Assembly: GCA_036172245.1 (NCBI GenBank)
Contig: JAYWIR010000002.1
Coordinates: 2,418,001 to 2,482,000, forward strand
DNA length: 64,000 nt
DNA from: Raillietiella orientalis
Taxonomy: Eukaryota
Direction: 5' to 3'
Every line of letters starts with the position of its first letter. The stretch's first letter is position 1. Shown piece by piece: positions 35,758-47,486 of this stretch. Under the pieces are notes generated by a model that saw nothing but the letters and a program-made list of their open reading frames with translations, ran no database searches and was not told the DNA's origin. A program made the position numbers and the translations under genes.

Positions 35758-38700
35758 AATCTCGCAGACGGTTGAAAACACTCATGCCGGAGACCACTAA
35801 GGAAAATTCACTGTTCCGTTCCTTCGTTCGCACTGCTAGCTGGACAAGAGTTAAAAAAAAGACAAAAAAAAGGAAAAAAAAGGAACCGGAAGTGTCGTCA
35901 TCCACACCGGTGCATTTGAATTCCCCTGGCAAGAATATTCCCCGAATGCAAAATCCTGAATTTTCAAACGCAGATCGGCCGCATCTTTGGGAAAACATCA
36001 GTCATTTTTTTGGGCGGGATGACCGTTTTGTATTCTTTCAGAAGGGAAATAAAAACAGTGAACTGGTTTTAATGAAATTGTGGCAGCACTGCCTGACGTG
36101 CCGTCCGGTCATCGTTACGTAAGATCCGCATGATTTTCTTCGGCGGAATGTTTCCATCATGGCAGGGAAGGGAGGAGGGGGCCGTAAATTTTCCAATGTA
36201 TTGCGGATGACGTGCTGCCCCCCACACAAAACAAGTACATAAGTAGGAGTACATAAGTACAAGTACATAACAAGTTCATAAAAACAAGACCGGCGCCTAC
36301 GTTTCGAATTCTCGCGGGTTCCGTGTTTGCTGCTGCTAAACGGTTTGCCATCCGTAAAGCATTTTTGCGCCCACGCGTTGACCTGTCCAAGAGTGGACAC
36401 CGATCCAGAGACGTGTCCCTAAATGGATTCCTGGAATGAGATGCGTGCCAGCGGGACTTTGAAAATCAGATGCGTAGGACATCCGAGTCGGTTCAAATTC
36501 CTAAATTTTTGAGGAACGCAAAATAGGCGTCGATCTTACGTATGGGGGGGGGGGGGAACCTCATTCATCGGAGGTGCATTCTTGGTTGTAGAATTCACTC
36601 CTGCTTCCCGGAGCGCGATCCGCTTCTCGTGATGCAAGAAGTCGCTTTGTCTCGAGTTGAGGTCGTATGATTTCACACTTATCCGACTCGTTGCTGAGGT
36701 CACCCTCACCGTGTCATCTGTGTAAAAGTGAAGCTGAACTGTGGTGCCGCGCGCGAACGTGCGAATCGTCCGGCAGGTGCATCGCGAAAAAGTATGGAAC
36801 GGAAGGGTTGCATTATGGAGGCGCGGGTGCCCCCTATTTAGAAACTCGACCCGGAAAGTGCGATGCGCCCTGCTGGCATTCCGACTCTTGCGGACCCCAC
36901 GCGAGTGCTGAAAAAATAGTTCCGCACGCAAGTCTGTACATTCGTAGGTCTTGGGAGCAGGCAGGCTCCACGAGAATCCGCCGGGTTTGTATCTTTGCTC
37001 ACATGTAACTGCACATGCGAGTCAAGAGTTGGCTTTTCTGCTTCACCCCCCATAAACATACCTTTTCGTGTGCTTCATCAGTATTATGTAGTAATTTCAA
37101 ATACCACCACCACCATCACTGCTACTACTACTAATAATTATTAGCATCCACTTGTTCTGCGTGCTTCAAATTTTGTTTGCTAAAGTTTGCCCTAAATATT
37201 AGCATGGCTTGGCTCCATTTCGGTCTGCGGAAATCTTTCCTCTAGATTTCGAATGATAGAAATGAAACTCTTCGTTCCTCTTTTGTCCATGCTGCATTTA
37301 TTGATTGTTTGCATCTTTTCTTGGTTGCGTGCATGGTTGCTTAAGAAGCTCGCATCCCCCAAAATGCTGTTTCTTTCCCGGCATTTAGATTTCGTAACAG
37401 CACTGGCAATTTCCTATTTGAGCTTCCTCTTTCACGATGAATTCATCCAGCTCTTCTCTAGAGAAAAGGAAAGCAGGAATAGCAAATGCATTCCGAGAGA
37501 AGCATCCACGAGGAAAAAAGGCTCACATTCGCATTGATCAGATAGATTGTCATCAGTGCAAAGAGTGGAAGATGCAAAACAATTCTGTTCCTTGTCCATC
37601 CATCCATTTATGCTCATCGACTGCTGTTTGTTTCTTGCGATTAATTTGATGAATTTTTGTTTCACATCAACGTCTTTCGGAGCTCTGTTCGAGCGTTTGC
37701 ACCGTGTTGGTCAGTTTTCGTGTCTTCAGTACTCTTGCAGTTGGCATTACTGCACAGTCTACTGCTTCCTCTATTTGACCCAACCTTGAGTTCGGGAGTA
37801 TCGACTGATACACTTTATGGAACCCGTCCGCGCAGACTTATTGGGAGAGATTTTTAACCTCTTTCTAGAAAATCCCCACTTTCCCCCCTCACCTGTCAAA
37901 ACGCTCACGAATCCAACCATGCTTTGGAAGTCTGGTTGGTATACTCCCTCTGTTCTTACAGAACTTGTGAACAGTCTCCCGAGTGTGTTTCTCTCCCATT
38001 CAACTAAAACACTCTGCACTGGATCCCGGTTCCTTTCTTGAATCCCGTGTCGTCGAGTGTCTAACCCATAGCGGCGATCTACGTGCAGACGTGGAAACGG
38101 TCTGTGGAGGGATTGATTCGACCTTCCCCCATACGGAAGTACCCCCAAGGAATTATGAATAAATTCGTATGTGGGCCCGTTTTTTGAAGAATGGCTTCCT
38201 TAAATTCCGGAATGTAGTAATGGAGCGACTGTTGTACTACCCTTGCTCTTACAAGTTATTTGTAACTTTCTATGGTCTCTGAACAAATTCTGCGTGCATC
38301 CAGAATGGAGATCGAGACCTAGATGTTTATGTGTGCGTCTTTCTTACATATGGCAAATTGGGTAGGTTGCCAAGATCCTAACTTCTTGAGATACACAACC
38401 GCATCCAACTACAGCCTTTTAAGAATATAACCGTTATCCACCAACACACTGTTACCTAGCCATCTTACTTTTCTAGATTTCAGCATCATCTTGCGGCTCA
38501 CTTTCTTACTAAAGTTTTCCACATTGGTTTGCAACCTTGTCGCTCGTAGCAGGTTTTGAGTTACGCCGATGACACAGGTGTTTCTGCCTTCTACACTTTG
38601 ATCTTAGCCAGGAGGCCGAGAAGCGATCTTTCCCTTCCCCCCTCTCCGCTCTTTCTGTCTTCTTCCTCCCCCCTCCCCCCCTCCTCCGCTCTCTTCTTCT

Positions 38701-38884
38701 GGTTGTGACTGTGTCCCCCCAAACAAAATTGAGTGAGCTCTTTGCTCGATACTACATAATGGAGTTCCGCTGAAGCATGGTGCTGAAGCATTTCTGTCGT
38801 AAAAGAAAACTTCCATTTCAACACAAAATCTTTGGTGTGTCTGCACGAATCATCTGAGAGCACCTAGGTGCTCCTGAGACCCGC

Positions 38885-39952
38885 GTTTCCGAGATGCATC
38901 AACCAGTACCATGCATGGTACGGTTCCGTTTGCACAACCCCAGAGGGAAGTGGTGCTCCTTGATTCCTGGAAGGACCATGAGAGGTCAACTTCCAATCCC
39001 GGTGGGTCAATGGAGGCATCCGGTTTCCAGCTTCCACCAGTGCCCCACCCTTCAACATCAACAGCCGCACCCTCCCCTTAAAGTAACAGGAGTCGGTGTT
39101 GATGCTGCTGCACTGGAGCCTCCCGCGCAACGCCCGCCGGCATTATTGGACACGATGGAAAGGGAAGGATCCGAACTACGCAAGGTGCGGGGAGCGAAAA
39201 TCTCTCCTGCAACTCCTAGTGGACTGTGTTGCCCTCTGGCCCCTTTGGGGACGCTTTGCCGCGACACTTGGAACCCCCCGCGGCCACTCCAGAGATGTTT
39301 GGAATCGCCTCTTCCTGAAAGACACCTTCACGCCGTCCGCATCCTCAGAAGCACTTTGCTGCCCACGCGGCGGGACCGTGGCGGCTGCATGGAGCGGCGC
39401 CAAAGGAGTCCAGAAGGACAGGGTCGTCATTTATTCTACTGTCCTCTTCATGAGGATAGCGTCAAGATGGCCCCGTCTGGGAGTCTTGAAACAGGAACTT
39501 GACGGCATTCTTACAAGGATGCAGAGGACATCCTTCAGCACACAGTGATCCCTTCCCCAACTCCCCCCATGTTTTAACTATGTTTTTTCGTTTTGTTTTG
39601 TTTGTTTGTCTGTTTGTCTCCCTTTTCTGCCGAAGCATGGCCTGTGTACCAGTTCCCTGCAGGTTCCTACTCGTAGTTATGAGTAACGTGGCAGGATCAA
39701 AAGTCCTGTTACAGACGTGTATGTTTCTTTTATAAATAAACGCCCCGGCGTGACGGAGTGTCAACCAGTGCTTCACCTGGTGCCGATAGGCCAACCAGCG
39801 TCATCCGGCCAGGGGGGGAGGGGGGGACTCGAAACTCATGACGCACCTATTTCTAGGCGTCCATCCTCCACGTGGGGATTCAAACCCCCAACGCTTGGTG
39901 CCACGCGCGCAGAGGCCGTGCCTACACGGCCGTCAACGCGGGCCTGGTGGCT
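38885..39952 (-). mobile_element. SINE-like copy 5, split by a LINE insertion (head 39764-39952, body 38885-39049)
   Basis: Head gcgtggcaccaagcgttgggggtttgaatcccc; body ggtggaagctggaaaccggatg..gggattggaagttgacc..gtccttccaggaatcaaggagc is collinear with the 15.6-15.8 kb copy. Confidence 0.7.
39050..39763 (+). mobile_element. 5'-truncated L1/Tx1-like LINE (zf-RVT-like C-terminus + 3'UTR) flanked by a 14-bp TSD
   Basis: LLLHWSLP..DPNYARCGERKSLLQLLVDCVALW is a degenerate CCHC knuckle; flanks accagtgccccacc (39036-39049) and accagtgcttcacc (39764-39777). Confidence 0.75.
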
Positions 39953-40919
39953 GCGAGTGGACTTTCCAGAGTTCCTTGGTCCTTGCGCTGAGGCACCCAC
40001 TAATTGGCGCCCGTTGTTCAAAGACGCGGTTCCACATTTCACCTTCATCTTTTTTCCCATTTGTTCCGGTGCCGATTGCCCACGCCCTACCTCAACGTTG
40101 GCAGGAACTATCACTGACAGGTGAGGATTCTTCGCCCCAAATCTCCCTGCTTCGGAACGGATCCAGATGCCTCATCATGTTCAGTGCCTACCGCCAATTC
40201 CGTATTGAGGATTCTCCTTCCATGGATCTTTATTTGGATTCACTTTCTGGAGCAAATTTTCGAAGGTAGGGGACTTGGACGGATTGGGGTGGCTCTGCAA
40301 TTTCAGGGCCCCTTGTTATCCTGCCTAAGGCTCGCTAACAGTTGCTTACGCGTCACCTGTGATCCAAGATGCGACCCCAGCATTTGCCCCGTCTGTGCTG
40401 TCCGGCAGAGGCGTTGATCACCAATAGAATGAGCCCATCTCGGTTTGCTCAAGAGGGCTTAGACGGAAGAAAAAGTCCCCCTTGGAAAACCGCGGCAGTT
40501 TTTTTTTGGTTCTCTTCCCTTCTCTTTCCTTCATTTCTCTTTCCTCCGTGAAGCCGTCCTTCCTCACGTGGTATTTATTGATAGGTGAATGCATCCTCTA
40601 CAAGCTCGGCTCACGGTTTCGTTGGGATGACAACCGTCAGAGTACTCGTTTTCATTTGGGGTGAGCACCAGGGACCTCTCCGTGCTGGACCCTCTCTATG
40701 AGGACGGTCACTTTGATCCAAAGTCTAAGTTTGGGACGCTTTTTGAACGCCTACACACCCGTAGTATATCTACCTCCTTTGGCGGTACATATACTAAGGG
40801 TATGTGCAAATCGTGTTTTCCGGGATTTCCGATCAGCTGCTTTGTTCGGTTTGGAGTGCGTCTATTGCTTTCATTCTTGAAGTCACCGAATCCTCGGAGG
40901 AAAGTCGACCCTGGTTGTC

Positions 40920-41395
40920 TCCGCAGGGAACCCTGAAAGGAACCTTTTTCTCTACTCTCTCCGGAGGGACCCACGGAGGAGTCTGCTCCATTTTTTCTCT
41001 CCGAAAGGAACCCGGGGAGGATCCGCTAGTCGGAATTTCTTCTCCGGAGGGAGCCTCCTCAAGGGAACCTCTCCTGTCTACTCCTCTGAAGAGAACCCCA
41101 AAGGGACGCTTCCGGATTTTCTCTGAAGGACACTCCCCGAAGGGAGCGGCACACTTCTTTGCACTCTGGAGAGGTGGCGGCACACCTACTCCTTGGAGGG
41201 TCCTCCCCGAAGCAGGGTCCGCTTCTTTGCACAACCGGAAAGGGAACTCCCACTCTTTAATCCCTGGAAGGACCCGGGGATCGACTTCCATTGCCCCGGC
41301 CACCTTTCGGGGCATCCAGTTTGAACGACTACCGGTGCCGCACCTAAATGAATGGAGGCCGACTAGCGTCATCTTGCGAGAGGAACTCGAACTCT
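40920..41395 (-). mobile_element. SINE-like copy 6 (body plus 6-7 tandem ~40-bp tail units)
   Basis: Minus strand gagttcgagttcctctcgcaagatgacgctag..cgggtccttccaggga; tail units begin ctcc/ctct-ggagggaaccc. Confidence 0.68.
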
Positions 41396-44300
41396 ACCCG
41401 GGGAGCTTGCCCTCCCGAGCGAGATGCAGCATCCGCATCACTTCGGCGAATCAGGAGTGCGGTTGCGAGCTATGAAGCTCCTAGCTCCAGTTCGCAGAGG
41501 AACACGTTGCATCCGGGCCACCGCTCCAGGAACGAAGGCAGTCCCGTGTTGCCGGTGGCTCGCTTGACCATCCAGGACGGGGGTGGCGGCGCTTGGTGGT
41601 GTTACGCGCGGCGACCGTGACCACGTAACTCCGTCCGACGCGGGCAACTTCAAAGAGACGACGGAGAGGCGTCAGGAACCGAATGCTTGTCCCGGAAGCC
41701 GATCCCGGAAGTCGACTCGCAGATGGGGCCGGAATCCATCCGAGGAAGAAGAGAAGCGCCACCATTCCCGACGCTTGCTGTTTCTTCCGAAAGATCGGCG
41801 GCAGATCTCGCCGTGAAGGAAGGAGAGCGGGCTCCTGCGAATGGGATTTCCTCCTCCACCCCACTGTAGGAGAGTGAGGGACATCGGCCCAAGAGCCGGA
41901 GGCGGGCTCCGAGATCTTGGGATCTGAGAAACGACGGGGGATTCCCAGCTCGGGAGTGAAGACCTCATGGGATGCACGGTGCTGCTTTCCCTCCAGAACC
42001 AATCAAAATCCTGACCGCTCACTGAAAATAAATACATATGTTTATTATGTATAGCAATATGTACACTTATATACAGATTCGTGTGCAGATTCGTCTTGAC
42101 ATGATTGCATCCGCCGCACGCAACTTTCGAATCGACCCGCCAGCAGATCCCGACTGGTCTGTCTGCTGCTCCTTGACTTTTCCGCCGCCGGAAGCTTCGC
42201 GCTCCTGCAAAGTTTTTCTCGTGGTTCCCTGCAGGAGCTGGTCGGCAGCCCACGGAGGTCACGTTTCGGGATCGGCCCTGACGCGTGCAGGTTGGCACCC
42301 TCCTCTGTCGACAACGTTGCGGACTAGTCCTCCTGGTGCTTCCTTCCGGACAATCCGGAAAGAGAATTCGGAAACCCTTAGTGGTCGCCTCCGTCCTGCG
42401 CTAATCTTTCGCCCCACCAAGAGGGCAGTTCTGAGCAAAATCTCCGCCCCTTGTACGATGGTAAGGCTCCTGTGGCTCCTGGAGAACCTCCGCCGTCTTT
42501 TACCTCTCCTCCTGGCGCCGATTCGTCCTCTTTGGTGATCTTGACCACGGTGACATCTGCGGAAGAAGAGTCTAAATTCGGCTCTTGACGGGAGTCCCAG
42601 ACAGAGAAGGATCTCTGAAGCTACTCCCCCTCTTCTTCCACCTCCTTCCTGCTCATCGATACTCAAAGAGAGGGAGAAGATTCGGGGCGGAAAACCTCGC
42701 AGGCAGGACCGTCGCTTCCTAGGGAACCGGATGGCGAGAGGAGAGCGCGGTGAAGACGAAGGCGGGAAAAGGAAGCGACTTTGCGGACGGCGAGTCTCTA
42801 TCAGGTTTGGTCTACTCCTGGAGGACCCCAAGGAGTGGAGGAGACGATACAGCTCACGTCCGGAGCGTCAGGAAAGCACGCAGGAGCTCCTGCCGACCTA
42901 CCTCTCGGATCCCCTGCGGACCTTCCTCTATCGCTTCCTTCTCCTCGGTGCCCCGCTTCGCTTCTTTCTCGTCCTTAGGAGGGGAGCAGCGAAGCGATCC
43001 TCCCGACCTCCCGGTGACGGACGAGAGTCGGGCGGACTTCAGAGGAAGAGAGCCGCGGACTTGCTGGATCTCGCGGACGGTCGCCTTTCCTCCTTCCCCT
43101 CTTCCGGAACGTTCCGAGTCCCTGCTGCGAGGAGCATGCTGGGGGATCCGTGCGGCCCACCGGGTCTCCCGCTCCTTCATGCCCTGCAGGGGCCGTGCCA
43201 TCCTGCGCGCGCCGTGCCTCGGGCAACGACGCCCGCCCACTCTTCATGGGAGCAGAATAGAAGGCCGACGGCTTCTGGGGACTCTGAGGACTGCGGGACG
43301 GGAGTACCCCCGACCGATTGGCGGGAAGAGAGTGGCGGTCCTTTCCCCTCCTCTCCTCTCCTCCCTCCCCAATGGCTTCTTTGGGACGGTCTCCCGTCCG
43401 AATTCCTCGCGACCTCTTCCTTTCTCCTCCACTCCAGGATGCTCTTTCCGGGTCGTGCGCCTGCAGGGGGAGGAGGAAGGGAGAAGGGGTGCACAACAAA
43501 CCAGAGCGTCCTGCAGAACGTCTCCCAGCTTCCCCCCCCCCCCGCATCGCTGTTCCCATGCTACCTCCTCATCCTCAGTTCCCACCTCGCCCCTTCTCCC
43601 CTGCCTCGCTGCTTCGGACGCTCTGCCCGTTCCTCACCCCGGCAGCTTCTTCGCCTATCCGAGCCGTGCCGGTCGGCAAGCGGCGAGATCGTGACAGAAG
43701 GTCGACGCTGACTGCCTGAGCCGCTGGCTGCCTACTCTGACGAGGAGGTCCCGAGATGAGAGACCTTCGACCCATTTGCCTCGTTTCCTGGAGACGCCAC
43801 ATCCTTCAGAATGGCGCGAGGTCTACCTCGCGGTGTCGATTTGGACTGGGTATTCTCTCCCTTCTCTTCCTCCGCCTTCACCCCTTTTTCCAACAGCCCG
43901 ATATCGCTTGAGGGAAAGAATCCACTTCCGGTTCCTGGAGGCCTAAGCATCGTTTCCTCAGCGACCCTCTGGCGGTGGGATATCCCGCCGCCCTTCACCC
44001 CGGTTTGAGGGACCGAAGACGCAGGAAGGAGGGGGAGGAGGAAGAGAATCAGCCGCTCTCGCCCGGCTTCCTCCAAGTTATCCCGGACGCATCCCCATCG
44101 ACCTTCGGCGTCCGGAGCGATCAGGAAGGCTCTCAGCAGGGACGGAAGATGTGGGGGGTGCGGTGGAGGGAGAGCGTCTTCGCCTCAGGACGAAAATCTC
44201 CCGAGACCCCTTGGGATCTCTAGCTTTCGCGCCTCCTAGCTCCAGGTCCCACAAGCGAGGGGCGGGAGGCTGGTAACAAAAGGTCGTAGAGGGGAGGGAG

Positions 44301-46138
44301 GGCGAAGAAGGAAGCGCAGCAAGAAGGGCTAAGAGAAAGTGGGAGCGGCCAGGATCGCAGGCTCTCCTCCACGGAAAGGTCAGTTTTTCTGCTCCGTCTC
44401 CTTTCCTGAGCTTTGGCCCCTGGGATCCCGGCTTCTCCAGTCGCACAATGCTATTCAGGGGAGGACGGAGAACTTCGGTCGAAAAAAGGTCAAGCAGAGG
44501 CCTCAAAGCAAACGTCCGGAAGGAAGGTGGACTCCGACCGGGCCGCAGGAGTCTCGCGCGCTCCTCAGCGCCCTCTGCAACCCGAGGGCGGCTCCCGGTT
44601 TGCCGGAGGCGCGCAGGGAGGGCGCGGGGAACACGCTCGGAACATGAGTCCGGAAGCGCCTCTGAATGTCCCCCGGCTGCTGCAGGGAGTCTCCTTCGAG
44701 AACGTGGGAGGGCATGTAGGAGGGCTGAGCCCACGGGGCTTCCCAAGAGGAGTGCCGGGAGCAGACGGGAAAGTGTCGGAGAAGCCCAAGGTCCTCACTC
44801 TGCTACTGCTGCTGCTACTGTTCCGTCGGGAAGGATCATCGGAAAGTGCGAGGGGAGAGGGCGATCCAGGGCTTCTTTTCCCTCCTGAAACTTGAGCTTT
44901 TCCTTCTGGGAGTGTATTCTGCGGAGGAGGAGAAGGACGGCTTGCCTTCTGGGTGGGCCGATGGCGAGACGAGGTCTCCAGCTGAGGCGACCGACGGAGG
45001 TACCTGCCAGAGGTCCCAAGAGTGCCCCACCCGGCGGCAGGAGTGCAGGACTCTGCTCCGCTTCCCCTGGGGGCCAAACGCTTCGGGACGACCCGCTGGC
45101 TTCTTGAGACACGCGACTTTTCATACGCGGAAATGCAACAATGGCAACAATGGCCCTGCCTTTTGCCTTTCGCGAGCCCTGGCGCTCGAAAGCGTTTCTG
45201 CTTCGCTCCCTCTTCTTCTCCGACTCTCCCGACCAAATTTGTAGCAGCAGGGGCACCAGCACCCGAGTGGAATGTGAACAGACCCTCTCCCGGTGACCTC
45301 AGCACCCTCCTCTTTTTCCCACGTTCCCTCCTCCTACCTCCATCTGTCTCCGTCCCTCATACACCCGGCCCTCCCCGTTACGCCTTCCATTTCCACCCTT
45401 CCCTCGGTGCAGACTCTCGGCGGACCACCTCGATGCAGAGGAAGCGAAGAAACACCTCTGAGACCGCTCCGGCGTGGACCTCGTCCGGAACCGAACCGGC
45501 GAGGGACCGATGCGAGACTTCCTACTCCCAGCGCCCCCTTGCAGACTCCGGGAGAACCGTGGGCGGAGGTGACCGATTCCCCAGAGAGCCAAGAAGCTGC
45601 CTCGCGAGAAGTAGGAAGCCCTTCCCTGGAGGCATTTTGACCGTGTCGAGTGATCTCCCTCTTCCTCTTTTCACTTCTCTTTTCCGATCCGTAGTCAGAG
45701 CGAGCAAGGGCGCTGGGAAGAGAGGGAAAGGAGGAAGAGGAGGGGAGGGAAGGGGGTCTTTGATGCTCCCGAACTTTGCTTCAGCTGCATCTCCTTGTCG
45801 GAATGCGAGTTTTCCCATCCCAAGGAAAACCGAGTCCGCCTCCTGCAGCTCCTAAAAATTCCGCAGGACGCGCGAGGGGGGGAGAGGGGAGGGAGGGGAG
45901 AGGGAGAGGGAGAAGAGGGAGTTTTCTCTCTCCCGCAGCGAAAGGCCAGGCTTGTTGCGACCCTGACTCCACTCGCGTTTGGTTCCAGGAGGTTCCATCA
46001 GCGAAGACAGGCAAGGAGCACTTCAGGGCTGCGTCCATCCCCCTCGGAAGAAAGTAAGAAACGGACCCACAGTCCGGGAAGCAGCTGCTGGCCGCAGAAC
46101 CCTTTCCTGCATGCCGCGTTCCCCTCCCTTTCTTCCAG

Positions 46139-47016
46139 AAAAGGTTCTGCCACTACGACTTCTTCACCAATGGGACTTATCTTCCCGGAACGGACTTGAC
46201 AATGGAGGATTTCCTGAACTCCTTCTCGAAGGAACCCTCTCGAATACGGAGGTGGCTGGACCTCCTGCTATGGGTGCTCTTCCCTCACGTCGAGCAGCGC
46301 GCCCTCAGGACAGATCCCGCTTCTATCAGCGTCGAAGAGAGAAATGTAAAGATGCCAAATTTTCCGATAGACGAAGAGAGGTCATCCGCGACCTTCCCTG
46401 TTTTTTTTTTTCTTCTTTCTACCGTCGTAGCTTTTCCTGAACAGTCCCGTTGCGCTGAAGAACTACTTGAAAGGGTGGAAGATGATAATGAGGGCTTTCG
46501 GACTGCATGTGCACCTGAAGACCGGGGAGATCACGTTCAGGGACCCGGAGACCGCCACGTGCCCTGCCCTCAAAATGTTCGTCCCAAACTTCGTTCCTTG
46601 AGCCTTCTCTTCAGATAGCAACGCCTCAGCTCTCAGTCCTCCTTGCCTCTCCTTTGACTACTCCTCTTCCCCGATTCCCAGATCACGCTTGGAAGCAAGG
46701 CGCACGCTGCGAGAATGCTAACGATTGGGAATTCATGCATTCCAGAAAGCTCGCCAAGACCGTGTACTTTGCCATGAGAAGCCTGCGGTCCATGAAGCTG
46801 CATCAGTATCACGATTTCCTAACTCACTTCGCGACGCAGATATCAGAAGGAGACGACGAGATGCTAAACATGCTCGTTGGTTACCGTTTCGACAGCAAGG
46901 ATTTCTGCCACTGCCTCCACCACTCCGAGTGCCACAGGAACCATGCGAAGACCGCCCACCGCGCCCTAAGGGGCAGACTGACCGCGGAGGACTGCGTAAG
47001 AAACGTCCTCACTTGA
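46139..47016 (+). CDS. Divergent opioid growth factor receptor N-domain (OGFr_N)-like gene; exons 46139-46345, 46431-~46576, ~46682-47016; start upstream
   Basis: Spliced HYDFFTNGTYLPGTDLTMEDFL...LLWVLFP...SISVEERN|LFLNSPVALKNYLKGWKMIMRAFGL..TGEI and TVYFAMRSLRSMKLHQYHDFLTHF parallel recalled OGFr motifs (NL.FY..I...P.G..IEDIL; IQWLFP; LT..E...F.....RL..AY.LML.FYGI; RITRILKSL..LGL..F); last splice phase unresolved. Confidence 0.6.
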
Positions 47017-47486
47017 CGAGCTCCCAGCCGGGAGCTCCTGTTACTCACTCGTAGTCAGATGCCTTCGGCGCTCATTTTGACAATAACTCTTTGCTGTCCC
47101 CCTGCACAAGCAACTCCAAGATCAGCTCAGTGCGATGGCAGAAACAGCCTTTTGGCGGGGTGGATCTTCGCGCTCCGAAAGCCGGAGGCTCAGGGACTTG
47201 GATACCGTCCCAGACCAAGGTTCAGTAGCATTGTCTTCTTCCTGCCTCTTGACCCAACATGTGATGAAAAAGAAAACGGGAAAACGGAATTTTTTGCCCC
47301 TTCCTTAACTTCCGGCAGCAGCGCGGAAATTTTCGCGATATCCTTGTAGCTGCTGCATTCTCGCTCCTCGTTCCTCGATCTTTTGCCGCACCTGCTGTAA
47401 AATTTAGCGATTTTCCTCGTCCGGTTGACAGATCCGCGATGAAAACGGTTGACCTGGCCCTTACCCACAATTTCTGATCATCATAG

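Noticed and set aside
40920..41170. CRISPR array
   Set aside because: Eukaryotic context, no cas genes, degenerate repeats, and the array is part of a dispersed repeat with the same spacers in each copy
43732..44076. AT-hook-like TPRGRPR in a minus-strand ORF; possible decayed gene across 41.6-45.8 kb
   Set aside because: GRP motifs arise by chance in GC-rich DNA; no consistent exon chain could be built
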